Shown: positions 37,288 to 47,009 of the stretch, piece after piece
How positions within the stretch are numbered: position 1 is the first letter of the stretch
Layout: each line of letters opens with the position of its first letter
Assembly: GCA_036517295.1 (NCBI GenBank)
Contig: DATDWZ010000008.1
Span: 304-64,303 of the forward strand
Reading direction: 5' to 3'
DNA length: 64,000 nucleotides
Source of the DNA: Minisyncoccota bacterium
GTDB taxonomy: Bacteria > Patescibacteriota > Minisyncoccia > Phycocordibacterales > DATDWN01
Position numbers and translations under genes: made by a program
Notes under the pieces: generated by a model
The model's input: the letters and a program-made list of their open reading frames with translations, nothing else
What the model was told of the DNA's origin: nothing
Database searches by the model: none

Positions 37288-39699
37288 CTAGAACAAGTCC
37301 TCAAACGGTCTCCATTCCTTACTGTCATTTACTGACTGTCTTTCCCTAAAGGAATACTTCGGACTATCGTTGTAATACCAAAGTCCTGCTTCTTGTACCG
37401 CAATACCACCTACAAACTTTTTACCAAATTGCTTGAGCTTAGCTTGCAATGATTTTGCCTTATCAGCGGTATCTGTACTTGTTGCGGTATCTCCTTTCTT
37501 CGTATCAAAAATACCTATACGACCATCAGAGAAGCGAATAATCCAGTCAGGATAAAACAGGTTTTCTTCTTTTGTTGATGAGTTTGTATATTTAATGCCT
37601 AGATAGTTTTTTCCTTGATCGCCGTTTTTGAACCACCAATCAATCTTCCCTTTTTTCTTTTCCAAGTACTCGACAAAAGCAATTTCATTTTTGCGTCCAT
37701 TATAATCTTCTAATAAGTAGAACTTGTCTAATACACATAACTTTTGAGGGACAACCTTATAATCTTCAGGATACCGATATTCTTCTTGTATAGTAAAAGT
37801 ATATGCTTGCTGTTCTTCTATCTTCTTTTTCTTGTCAGTGAGTAAACTATCTGAAATTGGTTTGTAAGCTCTAAGTGCCTTTGTTATTGCCGGACGAAAC
37901 TTACTTTCAGTACCTTTACGAATATCTTTAATAAATATCTTGTACCAAAAAATATGGTCATCAAGTAAAACTGTCTTAAACCAAACACGAAGTGCTTGTT
38001 TTAACACTGACCAAGAACGAGCTATGTTAGAGTATCTAGCTTTGTCGTCTTCTTGTTCTTTCAAGATTTGGTAACAAAGATAGTTGAATGTTTTTTCAAC
38101 ATCACTCACTGACATTTCAAGAGAAACATCACTACCTTTCTTTTTGAAATCAAAAGCAAGGTTATCGTAGTCCTCAAAACGAGCATTGGCTATAACTTCA
38201 TTTACTAAAGTATTACTAAGATCCAGCCCTGCCTTTTTTAATTTTATCTCTGATTTACCTAAAATATCTTTCTCACTAATACCAAAATGCTTGTTTAATT
38301 CTATTCTAAAAACTTTTTGGAACTCTGAAGATACACGAATATCTCCGTAATCTAAGCGAGAAATATAATCAGAAGGCAACTCTATATTACTTATTCCTTT
38401 TTTTATATGTGCAGTTTCTGTAAGAGCTTTATTCGCAGGGTTTTGATCTGGTATTACTACTTCCTTACGCTTATAGTTTGTATATAGATAACCCAATCGG
38501 AGGTTAGGATTATTTTTGTAATCTTCTTTTGCTTGAGGTTCAGGCATTCGCAAAATACGCCCAACAGTTTGAGTATAAAAAGTATTTGATTGTATCTCTC
38601 TAAACATCACAAGTACCGATGCACGAGGACAGTCCCAACCATTACCAGCAGTTTGTTTGAAGATCAGAAAATCGTGTTCATCGTCATTTTCTTCTAGCCC
38701 CTTCGGTTTATCTTGTCCCTTAGACCATTTTGCAATTTTATGTTCAGGTACTTTCATTCTAACAAGATAATCTGTAACAATTTTTTCCTTTGTCTGTTCG
38801 CCTTTTTCTATTAACTTACTGTCGTCATTCGGTATTTGTATTAACATTAAAGGATTTATTTCTTTCCCGAGTGCCTTAAGTTCAGCTTTTAATTCTTCTC
38901 TTTTATTTATTCCATTTTCAAGAAGAACTCTATCAAGGTCTTTACCGGACATACCCTTAAAATCTTCATCTGTTTGAGTAACAATAGCTTCTTTTATTAA
39001 ACCTTGATCAACCACTTCTTTTCTTGGGACTTCATAATAACTACCAAGACGGCGAGCATCCAGTTCGTCATCTCGGTTTGGTGTAGCTGTAATGTGAAGA
39101 ATTACCTTAGGATCAATCATCTCGATAATATCCTTTGCGAGCCTCGTGTCTTTGTTTTTATGGGCTTCATCAATAACTAAAATAATCTGCCTGCCATCAG
39201 CGTGTGTTTGCTCAATTACATCCTCAAAGTATTTACCCGTTTCTTTTATCCACTCTTCATCTTCAGGACGGCGAAGTAATCTTGTTTCTGCACTTTTAGC
39301 AGTAACTTTTTGCCAATTCAAAAACAAAATATCATTTTGATATAGTTTGCCTTGATTTATATCTGCAACAGTCAAAGCTCTGTTTTCAAGCATATTTTCA
39401 AAATACTCAAGAAACTTACCTTTACTTTGCATAGCCAAATCATCACTGAAAGTAATCCAAATAAATGCCTTGTCTTCTTTCCATTGTGGTAAATGATTAA
39501 GGCCACGAATAAAGAGTGAGGTCATAAAGGTTTTACCGCTACCAGTTGGCGATTTGAAAACAATAGGTAATTGTCTGCCTTGTTGTTTCCATATCGCTAC
39601 AAACATATCTGTAAGATTTTCTACAGCAGTTTTTTGGAATTGTAATGGATTAAATGTTTTCATATTAAATAATATTGTATATTTGCTTGTATACCTCAA
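37288..39699 (-). CDS. res: Type III restriction enzyme Res subunit (SF2 helicase + C-terminal PD-(D/E)xK endonuclease)
   Basis: KSPTGSGKTF (motif I), LVIDEAHKN (DEAH), ITATPN (motif III). C-terminal PDWIIRF...IGIFDTKKG nuclease motif. Confidence 0.85.
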   Translation of the reverse strand: MRYTSKYTILFNMKTFNPLQFQKTAVENLTDMFVAIWKQQGRQLPIVFKSPTGSGKTFMTSLFIRGLNHLPQWKEDKAFIWITFSDDLAMQSKGKFLEYFENMLENRALTVADINQGKLYQNDILFLNWQKVTAKSAETRLLRRPEDEEWIKETGKYFEDVIEQTHADGRQIILVIDEAHKNKDTRLAKDIIEMIDPKVILHITATPNRDDELDARRLGSYYEVPRKEVVDQGLIKEAIVTQTDEDFKGMSGKDLDRVLLENGINKREELKAELKALGKEINPLMLIQIPNDDSKLIEKGEQTKEKIVTDYLVRMKVPEHKIAKWSKGQDKPKGLEENDDEHDFLIFKQTAGNGWDCPRASVLVMFREIQSNTFYTQTVGRILRMPEPQAKEDYKNNPNLRLGYLYTNYKRKEVVIPDQNPANKALTETAHIKKGISNIELPSDYISRLDYGDIRVSSEFQKVFRIELNKHFGISEKDILGKSEIKLKKAGLDLSNTLVNEVIANARFEDYDNLAFDFKKKGSDVSLEMSVSDVEKTFNYLCYQILKEQEDDKARYSNIARSWSVLKQALRVWFKTVLLDDHIFWYKIFIKDIRKGTESKFRPAITKALRAYKPISDSLLTDKKKKIEEQQAYTFTIQEEYRYPEDYKVVPQKLCVLDKFYLLEDYNGRKNEIAFVEYLEKKKGKIDWWFKNGDQGKNYLGIKYTNSSTKEENLFYPDWIIRFSDGRIGIFDTKKGDTATSTDTADKAKSLQAKLKQFGKKFVGGIAVQEAGLWYYNDSPKYSFRERQSVNDSKEWRPFEDLF

Positions 39700-41350
39700 G
39701 GATTGGTTGCGGTATTGTTTTGAGATTTATTTTTTTGTTATCTTCAAAATCAGCAATTTCAACTCTTTCTTCCCAACTAAACATATAAACTGTTACTGGT
39801 TTTTTAAGTGATAGGACTTCTTTTATAAACTCATCAAGTTTGTTTTGTTCTTCTCTGAAATATACTGCTGTCATTCTATCTTTGTTTTCAAACACTTGCC
39901 AATAATCATTTTTCTTTACTTGCTCTAGCGTATTTTCTGCGATTGCGAGCATTTCACCTGCGTGATGAGCTAGTAGTATTTTGTCTTTATCATCTGCATC
40001 AAGAATGTTGTGCTTACCAACAAAAGCAGTTTTGTAAAACTTAACTGATTGAAACAACCCACCTTTATCATTATATCCAGTAATGGCTGTTTTAATTCTT
40101 GGTAAACAAATATCGCTCATTATGTTATTTTCGTTGTCGGTAACTAAGATAAATTGCCTTGAACCTTTTGTGTCTTCATCTTTATTTAATTGCATAACAG
40201 CGTGTCCTGTTGTTCCTGAACCAGCAAAGAAATCTAAAACAATTATATTATTATCAAAATGGTTTAGTAATTCTCTTATTAGTTTAGTAGGTTTTACTGT
40301 GTCAAAACCGTGTTCTTTACCAAGAATTAAAGATAACTCTTTTTTACCGTCTTCAGCTGTATCAACTTGTTCTTTAAGCAGAAGCGACCAAAAAGGTCTT
40401 TCAATGGATTGATTTTCGTCTTCAGGATAGATAATTTTTTTTACTTTCCCTTCCACTATAATTATTTTATCTTCTTCAATTAAGCGATTAACTTCCTGAA
40501 GTCCAATTTTCCATCTTTTACCCGTTTGTGGAATAACACCTAAGATTGGAAACTTCATAGTATCTCTTTTCTTTCTTCCTATATCTGAGTCCTCAATATC
40601 AACAAGACGAGCTAGTCCTTTTTTAGTTTGAAAATTATATTTTCTTTGACCTTGTTCTTTTAGGACAAAACCTAGATATTTTTCTTTTGGTATCGCATTA
40701 CTATAACAAAGAATGTATTCTATGTTTTGCTGTATTTGATATTTTGCCTTACCAGAATTAACTGGTTTGGTTTTATTCTGCCAATTAAGGATACCCAGCA
40801 ATGAAGTTTCGCCAAAAATACTATCAGTAAGAAGTTTTAATTGTGCAAACTCGTTATCGTCAATACTTATGAAAATAACACCGTCTTTCGTTAGAAGGTC
40901 TTTGGATAACTCTAACCTCTTTCGCATAAAAGAAAGCCAGTAGCTATGACGAAAAGGGTGGTCTTTTGGCACATCTGTTCCATCAGGATATTTATCTAAA
41001 ATCCTTTTATCTTTATAACGAAAACCGTCTTCTCCTGTGTTGTACGGCGGGTCAATATAAATAACATCAATCTTGCTCTTATGTGTGTAATTTAAGCAAG
41101 TAAGTGCGTGGTAATTATCACCCTCAATAAGTAGGTGGGTGGGTTCGGTATCTTTACTTTTAATTCCTTTTGTGGGTACATCTTCAAGAATTGGTAGTTT
41201 ATTTTCTACATCATCTTCAAAACCTTCAGGCACATCAAGCCACACTAAACCATAGTGTTGTGTTTTTACAGCTTTTTTCCATTTCTCAATTTCTTTTTCA
41301 AGCTTGAGAATGTGATTTTCTTTTTGTTGTAGTAATTCTTTTTCAGTCAT
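39665..41350 (-). CDS. mod: Type III restriction-modification Mod subunit (N6-adenine DNA methyltransferase, beta class)
   Basis: YIDPPYNTG (motif IV) lies upstream of FFAGSGTTGHAV (motif I). Overlaps the res start. Confidence 0.85.
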   Translation of the reverse strand: MTEKELLQQKENHILKLEKEIEKWKKAVKTQHYGLVWLDVPEGFEDDVENKLPILEDVPTKGIKSKDTEPTHLLIEGDNYHALTCLNYTHKSKIDVIYIDPPYNTGEDGFRYKDKRILDKYPDGTDVPKDHPFRHSYWLSFMRKRLELSKDLLTKDGVIFISIDDNEFAQLKLLTDSIFGETSLLGILNWQNKTKPVNSGKAKYQIQQNIEYILCYSNAIPKEKYLGFVLKEQGQRKYNFQTKKGLARLVDIEDSDIGRKKRDTMKFPILGVIPQTGKRWKIGLQEVNRLIEEDKIIIVEGKVKKIIYPEDENQSIERPFWSLLLKEQVDTAEDGKKELSLILGKEHGFDTVKPTKLIRELLNHFDNNIIVLDFFAGSGTTGHAVMQLNKDEDTKGSRQFILVTDNENNIMSDICLPRIKTAITGYNDKGGLFQSVKFYKTAFVGKHNILDADDKDKILLAHHAGEMLAIAENTLEQVKKNDYWQVFENKDRMTAVYFREEQNKLDEFIKEVLSLKKPVTVYMFSWEERVEIADFEDNKKINLKTIPQPILEVYKQIYNII

Positions 41351-41352
41351 AT

Positions 41353-41526
41353 TTATTTTGTGCTTGCTTTTTTTAAGAATGCTTCAAACTCAACTTTCGC
41401 TATCCGATACTCTTTGCCTATTTTATATGCCTTGAGCTTTTTTGCATCTATGTAGCGATAAATGGTCATAATGTTCAGGCCAAGTTTTTCTGCTAAATCA
41501 TTTGCTGTGTAAAAATCTTTATTCAT
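41353..41526 (-). CDS. Excisionase-family / MerR-like HTH DNA-binding protein (57 aa); possible controller of the RM operon
   Basis: MNKDFYTANDLAEKLGLNIMTIYRYIDAKKLKAYKIGKEYRIAKVEFEAFLKK is the Xis-family HTH pattern. The stop is 2 nt before the mod ATG, and the ATG overlaps the upstream gene's stop. Confidence 0.6.
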   Translation of the reverse strand: MNKDFYTANDLAEKLGLNIMTIYRYIDAKKLKAYKIGKEYRIAKVEFEAFLKKASTK

Positions 41527-42005
41527 TGTAATTGCTTAAGGTTTTTATAATACTGATCAACTTTTTTAGACCAATTTGGGTAAAATTGTTCCCAAGTAGG
41601 TATAACACTCACTGGTAATTGCCTCATCGGTGTTTCTTTGTGTTGTTGACTTTTTCTTCCGAGTGTTTTCATCCATATTTCTTGTGAATGTTTTATCAAT
41701 GGAGCAACCACCTTGCTTGGGATAATCCAGAAGTCTGGCTCTTTGTTGAATTGATTGAGGCGAACAAAAGCATAATAGAAATCATTAGACGCTCCATTTT
41801 CATCCTTAGCCGAAAGTATAAAACTTTTTGCAGTTTCTCTGTAAGCAGTTTTTATTGAAAGTTTTATAGCTCTACCGTCTGGACTCAATGCTAAAATATC
41901 ATATTTTTCAGCTCGTCCAAGCGTAAGGGTAGCAATGAAGTTTTCCGCTGAGAGCCGAGAAGCTATGTAGTATTCTCCTGCGTTACCGATATTTTGTTTT
42001 TGCAT
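41523..42005 (-). CDS. Hypothetical protein, possible PD-(D/E)xK-like nuclease fold, first gene of the HTH-mod-res operon
   Basis: GNAGEYYIASRLSAENFIATLTLGRAEKYDILALSPDGRAIKLSIKT resembles the Mrr/Hjc-type E..VA..L..G...D(i)la...K.xVK core. The fold assignment is tentative. Translationally coupled (ATGA overlap) to the HTH gene. Confidence 0.5.
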   Translation of the reverse strand: MQKQNIGNAGEYYIASRLSAENFIATLTLGRAEKYDILALSPDGRAIKLSIKTAYRETAKSFILSAKDENGASNDFYYAFVRLNQFNKEPDFWIIPSKVVAPLIKHSQEIWMKTLGRKSQQHKETPMRQLPVSVIPTWEQFYPNWSKKVDQYYKNLKQLQ

Positions 42006-42296
42006 AGTTATAATTATACTTTACTATTCTTTACAAGCCAAACTCACGAAGTGGACAACCTTATGAACACAACATAATAAAAATAGTATTGGCAGATCAA
42101 TAACCTATGATATAATTCACCCACAACTGAATAAGCAGACCTAACCCTATAGTTTTTATTATAGGTATGGTTGCAGGTCGTATAAGGCACAAAGAACCCA
42201 TCGCAGGGTCGCCTTATACGCCTTATCGGGAAACCGGTATGAGGGACTTCGGTCTCTACCTGTGGTGGGCTTTTTGTATATAAAAATAGTAAAATT

Positions 42297-43271
42297 ATGA
42301 AAAAACACTACTCCTCAAACAAGGGTTTCATACAAATACCTGTTTTATTTTTTATAATTACCGGGATAATTATTACTGGTGGTGCTGGTTATTTTGGAGT
42401 AAAAAAATATGAAAATTATCATATTACCAAAGGGAAAGAAAAAGTAACGGAAGAAATTAAACCTCAAAAAGACATAGGGGTTGAAAAATTAACGAAAGAG
42501 ACTGGGGCATCAAAAGATACTAAGCCAGATGTTAAAAAGGGGGCAATTACACCTTATGACTATGACCACCCCGAAAATAATCTTTCGTCATACCAACCCA
42601 AAATAAATGGTGCTGATGATAGTGTTTCTGTCATCAAAAAATGGAAGCCTAGAGTTGCATACATTGATTGTAAGGTTGTTTTTAATGGAAATAATATGGG
42701 AGAACAAACTGGTTCTGGGTATTTACTGGGTTACGACTCTCAAAATGGCGACATTATAATACTAACAAATCTTCACATAATTAAAGTTAATTTGTACTAC
42801 CCTGACGGTGAACCAATCGGCACATCCCTCACAGCAACTTCTTGTGATATTAAAATCCCGGGTGATACTCAGTTTGTAACAGTTTATAAAGAAGATGGTT
42901 CTTTCACTGTTTCAGATAAAGAAGATTTTGCTCAAGTAACTGTAAAAAACCCAACTCCTTATATGACTAAAACTATAAAAAGTATATCGGGTAGTAACTG
43001 TATAAGTAAAGCCGAACTGGGTGAAAGAATACTAATACTTGGTTATCCCGGAATTGGCGACCAAAATGATATAACTGTAACTGACGGAATAATATCTGGC
43101 TATGACGGAAACCACTACATAACATCAGCAAAAATTGAATACGGTAATTCTGGTGGTATAGCAATATCGCTTAAAAATAACTGTTATTTAGGCATCCCAA
43201 CTTTTGTTATTTCTGGAGAGCTGGAGTCTTTAGCAAGGATTTTGAACGTCAATGCGATATTTCCTAATTAA
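42297..43271 (+). CDS. Membrane-anchored trypsin-like (S1) serine protease
   Basis: N-terminal TM. TNLHII (His), GNSGGIA (catalytic Ser, GDSGG-like). No PDZ domain. Confidence 0.7.
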   Translation: MKKHYSSNKGFIQIPVLFFIITGIIITGGAGYFGVKKYENYHITKGKEKVTEEIKPQKDIGVEKLTKETGASKDTKPDVKKGAITPYDYDHPENNLSSYQPKINGADDSVSVIKKWKPRVAYIDCKVVFNGNNMGEQTGSGYLLGYDSQNGDIIILTNLHIIKVNLYYPDGEPIGTSLTATSCDIKIPGDTQFVTVYKEDGSFTVSDKEDFAQVTVKNPTPYMTKTIKSISGSNCISKAELGERILILGYPGIGDQNDITVTDGIISGYDGNHYITSAKIEYGNSGGIAISLKNNCYLGIPTFVISGELESLARILNVNAIFPN

Positions 43272-43274
43272 AAT

Positions 43275-43646
43275 ATGTTCAAAACAATTAACAAGTTTTC
43301 AAGATTAACAATTGTATTCACTGTTTTATATATACTTAGTGGTGTGTTTCTATTACTTCTCTCATTATCAGAAATATACCCAGTTTCAACTCCTTTTGAG
43401 TGGATACCAACCTTTGTATATGGAAACAAACTCTTATTACATCTAGTTTTGTCAATTCCTAATTACCTGTTTTGGATATTATCTACTCTTATACTTGGAC
43501 TTGTAATTACAGCAATTGTTTTAGGTATAAGAGCGATCAAACAGACAAGCAAAACAAAAGAGAAAGGTAGGTGGATAGCGTTACTGCTGACAACACTTAA
43601 TATCTTCCTACTTATAATTCTTGTGCCTATTGCTTTTATACTTTAA
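43275..43646 (+). CDS. Small polytopic membrane protein (3-4 TM), unknown
   Basis: Hydrophobic profile only. 4 nt downstream of the protease. Confidence 0.5.
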   Translation: MFKTINKFSRLTIVFTVLYILSGVFLLLLSLSEIYPVSTPFEWIPTFVYGNKLLLHLVLSIPNYLFWILSTLILGLVITAIVLGIRAIKQTSKTKEKGRWIALLLTTLNIFLLIILVPIAFIL

Positions 43647-43663
43647 TACCGAATATAGTAAGT

Positions 43664-44065
43664 CTATTTTTTCTGAAACTTAGACATAAGTCGCTCAATT
43701 AACTGTTCACGGGTATAACTAGCATAGATATTATGTTCCTCTGGAGAATATGCACCGACAACTTTGAATACTTGATCTGTTGCTTTTAATCTATCGTTTG
43801 GCTTTACTTTATCATTTAACATTATTTCTTCCACCACTTTCCTAGCAGAATACTCGTCAAAGCCTAGTGCTTTTAGTTCCTCTTGTACTCCTTTTTGAGC
43901 AATAGTCTCTCCGGGCTTTTTCTTTGCTTGCGTTTTGGTATATCCTACTTTTTCCAACAACTCACTCTTATTAAGAGGTTTAGCTCTTTTAGAGTTAAGG
44001 ACTATCTCATTTGCGAGATTTTTTTGTCTTAGTGTAGATCTATTTTTGTTTTGTTTTATATACAC
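43664..44065 (-). CDS. Phage terminase small-subunit-like HTH protein (TerS/Terminase_2-like), tentative
   Basis: LRQKNLANEIVLNSKRAKPLNKSELLEKVGYTKTQAKKKPGETIAQKGVQEEL resembles the N-terminal Terminase_2 pattern. No large subunit nearby. Confidence 0.35.
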   Translation of the reverse strand: MYIKQNKNRSTLRQKNLANEIVLNSKRAKPLNKSELLEKVGYTKTQAKKKPGETIAQKGVQEELKALGFDEYSARKVVEEIMLNDKVKPNDRLKATDQVFKVVGAYSPEEHNIYASYTREQLIERLMSKFQKK

Positions 44066-44075
44066 CTTTTTTTAT

Positions 44076-44831
44076 TTAATTCTTTTTTTTACTATTTCTG
44101 GTTCTACGACTATTACTTTTTTTAGAAATCTTCTTTACAAAAACGGTCGGTGTTATATCATCTGAAACTGGTGGATTGCTGATAATCTGATCATTATCGA
44201 TTTGATTAGTTGGTGCAGGTAATTGAGAAACAGGTTTAATTCTTTTCTCATAGTAGTTGTTCAATATCTCTGGTTGAGGAGTTACAAAGTATGTAGGTAA
44301 ATAGACTGGATAACCCTTATTATTCTCATACTCGATGGTTTTTCTTAAACCCGTAATTTCCATAAAAAATGGAGCTGGATAATCAGTAATATTTGTTGTG
44401 TATATTACCGAGTTTGTAATAAAAGCTGTAGCCCCTACAATTTTATCAGCTAATGATACTTGACCCGTAGAAATACCAATTTCTTTGTAGAAACAACCTA
44501 GTCGTCCTGCAATTCTCAAAACAACTTCGTCAATTAAAAATGTCTGTACTCCATTTAATGCATTCTCAATCTTAATTTCTTCCTCTACAGAAGACTCATC
44601 AATAAGTTCAAACAAGGTAACACTAGAGATTGCAACTCCCCAACCCGGACTTACAGCAAATACACTTTTCAAGTAGTCGATTATAAGCTTTGCAACCTGA
44701 TCGTTACTTTTACTTATTCCACCTCTGCAAGCAGATGCACGTGAAAGAGTGTTGGTATCAAAAATTAAATAACGAGATGGTTTTTCATTATTTGGTTGAG
44801 TATTATTCTGCGGTGTTTGTTCTGTGTCCAT
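44076..44831 (-). CDS. PIN-like domain protein with C-terminal extension, tentative
   Basis: RYLIFDTNTL ... LFELIDE acidic pattern typical of PIN. Weak. Confidence 0.4.
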   Translation of the reverse strand: MDTEQTPQNNTQPNNEKPSRYLIFDTNTLSRASACRGGISKSNDQVAKLIIDYLKSVFAVSPGWGVAISSVTLFELIDESSVEEEIKIENALNGVQTFLIDEVVLRIAGRLGCFYKEIGISTGQVSLADKIVGATAFITNSVIYTTNITDYPAPFFMEITGLRKTIEYENNKGYPVYLPTYFVTPQPEILNNYYEKRIKPVSQLPAPTNQIDNDQIISNPPVSDDITPTVFVKKISKKSNSRRTRNSKKKN

Positions 44832-45039
44832 CTTGTTCTAATTTATTTTCCCCTATTGAAGAAAAAACGCCACCAGAAATAGCCCTCTCAATTTGATCTA
44901 AAGCACTGTTAGTTGAGAGTTTTTTTATCTCTTTCTTTTCACTCAACAGATCATTTGGATTTCTACTAAAATCAAACTTTACTAACTCTGCGTTAGGTAA
45001 TTTGCCTTTTGAACTATATTTTTCTTCTTCTTTTGTCAT
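44803..45039 (-). CDS. Small hypothetical protein overlapping the PIN-like gene start (antitoxin-like position)
   Basis: 78 aa. 29-nt overlap with the downstream PIN-like ORF. Confidence 0.3.
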   Translation of the reverse strand: MTKEEEKYSSKGKLPNAELVKFDFSRNPNDLLSEKKEIKKLSTNSALDQIERAISGGVFSSIGENKLEQDGHRTNTAE

Positions 45040-45176
45040 AGTGGTATTATACTACACAAAAAGCAAACTTTTTATTTGTTCCAATGCTATGTTGGGATAT
45101 GGGTATTCCTTAATCCAATCTATCGTTCTAAAATCGTCCGCCAGAGCGAGCTTAATAACTGTTTTGTAAGATTCAA

Positions 45177-45500
45177 ATGACAGAACCGACACATGTAGCG
45201 GTTGACTTAGGAGTTTTTCTTATATTGATGCAGATAGGTAGTTTAAATCCGAACTACACAGATTTATCGCTTATTATTGGTTCGAATCTTGTTGATTTGG
45301 ACCACTTATTCTCTCGACCTATTTACCAGCCAGGAAGAGATTCATTTAAAACCCATTTCCTCTACAAACAATGGAAAATGGTATTACTTTTATCAATACT
45401 TATGTTGTTTGTCAGGCCATTAATGTTTCTGGGCATTGGTCTGGTTCTTCACTTTTTCTTAGATTATCTGGATACAATAAAAGAGAAAATCCATCTCTAA
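45177..45500 (+). CDS. Small membrane protein, possibly YdjM/DUF457-like metal-dependent hydrolase
   Basis: N-terminal MTEPTHVAVDLGVFL (His-containing start typical of DUF457). Two TM segments. Confidence 0.35.
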   Translation: MTEPTHVAVDLGVFLILMQIGSLNPNYTDLSLIIGSNLVDLDHLFSRPIYQPGRDSFKTHFLYKQWKMVLLLSILMLFVRPLMFLGIGLVLHFFLDYLDTIKEKIHL

Positions 45501-45636
45501 TTTAATCCTGCTCCAATTCAGAATTTGGATACCCTAAATAAAAAGTTCGTAGGGGTTATAAAACCAGTATCAACTGGAAAGCCTAGGCGTTGATCATTTG
45601 ATATTTTTCGGAATGTTTAATGTATAATTAAACTCT

Positions 45637-46017
45637 ATGAATAAACAAACCAAGTTATTCCTTGAAATAATATTCTCCATCGCTTTCGTCCTCGTCGGCA
45701 CATATTTTGTATATGGACAATTGGAATTCGTAAATTCCTTTTGGAATGCGCAAAGTATTTGGAGTTCCATTTTGGCGATTGGATGGATTATTGTTTCCCT
45801 TGGATATTTTCATCAAGGTTGGCTCATTCATGAAAAAAGAAATGCCCACAATGTATCTGCCCTACTCCCAATAGCAGTATTTTTTATACAATGCATCTTA
45901 TTTGTGAAAGGCATCTACTATCACGACTGGTCACTGATTTGGGGTGCTTTAGTAGTAAACTCCGGAGTGGTTTTTAGTCTATACCATATAATTAGAGCGA
46001 ACAGGAAAAAATTATGA
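45637..46017 (+). CDS. Polytopic membrane protein (4 TM), unknown
   Basis: Hydrophobic profile. TGTATAAT -10-like hexamer upstream. Confidence 0.5.
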   Translation: MNKQTKLFLEIIFSIAFVLVGTYFVYGQLEFVNSFWNAQSIWSSILAIGWIIVSLGYFHQGWLIHEKRNAHNVSALLPIAVFFIQCILFVKGIYYHDWSLIWGALVVNSGVVFSLYHIIRANRKKL

Positions 46018-46439
46018 TTACCCAACTCCAAAGAGAACAACTTATAAAAGAAGCCGCTCTGGCTTTGGAAAATGTTTACCCAAAAAGTTCAAAGGTTGCA
46101 TATTCTGCGGCTTTATTGACCAATACGGGAAATATCTATTCGTCGTCGCAATACGGCTCAGACACATACTCTCTCACGCTACACGCAGAACAATCCGCCC
46201 TGGCTCACGCCGCGGCCCATGGCGAAGGAAATTTAGTGGCTATCGCTGTTACCAGTAACGAAAAGTTAGAAAAAGGAGAATTTACGGCACCGTGTCATAT
46301 GTGCAAGCAGCTTCTTTGGGAAAGCAGTCTTCATTCCGGATTACCTATGCTTATTATTCTTGCGAACAGTTTTGGAGAAATAAAAGAAGTAAATCTTGAC
46401 GACTTGATGTCTCTACCTTGGCCAACTAAAAAATCCTAA
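46014..46439 (+). CDS. Cytidine/deoxycytidylate deaminase-family zinc enzyme
   Basis: HAEQSAL (H-A-E) and PCHMCKQ (PCxxC) zinc-binding motifs. Confidence 0.75.
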   Translation: MITQLQREQLIKEAALALENVYPKSSKVAYSAALLTNTGNIYSSSQYGSDTYSLTLHAEQSALAHAAAHGEGNLVAIAVTSNEKLEKGEFTAPCHMCKQLLWESSLHSGLPMLIILANSFGEIKEVNLDDLMSLPWPTKKS

Positions 46440-46444
46440 AACTT

Positions 46445-46981
46445 ATGAAAATATATATCATCAGACACGGACTCACTAACTATAATAAAATAGGCAGAAT
46501 AAATAGCCGAGGAGTAGATGAGCCTTTGGCCCCTGAAGGAGTAGCGCAAGCGGAAGAGACATCGCAAAATATGCCGGAAGGCATCGTAAAAATATACGCA
46601 TCCCCCCTACTAAGAACTAGGCAGACCGCCGATATCCTGAATAAAGACCTTGGACTGGAGATCGAGTACGCGCCCGAACTTATGGAAGTCGATTTTGGTC
46701 TGTTCACGGACAGAACTTGGGTGGAGATCGAGGAAGAGTATAAAGGGTTTCGTCGGTCTTTCACCGACCAAACATACGACTTCACCTCTCACAATGGAGA
46801 AAGTATTACGGATGTGGTGGGACGAGCAAGAAAGATGATCGAGAAGATCAAGAAAGATCATGTGAACGAGAGAGTTCTCCTCGTCACCCACGGAGGCGTC
46901 GTGCGGGCTATTCATAATATTTATAATAATGAAATATTGGGAGAAACAAAAAACGCCACGATTTACGAAATTGAGGTATAA
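46445..46981 (+). CDS. Histidine phosphatase family protein (phosphoglycerate mutase-like)
   Basis: IIRHGLTNYN RHG motif. C-terminal VTHGGVVRA. Confidence 0.8.
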   Translation: MKIYIIRHGLTNYNKIGRINSRGVDEPLAPEGVAQAEETSQNMPEGIVKIYASPLLRTRQTADILNKDLGLEIEYAPELMEVDFGLFTDRTWVEIEEEYKGFRRSFTDQTYDFTSHNGESITDVVGRARKMIEKIKKDHVNERVLLVTHGGVVRAIHNIYNNEILGETKNATIYEIEV

Positions 46982-47009
46982 AGAGTGGTTGTGGAAAATA
47001 TTTAATCAC

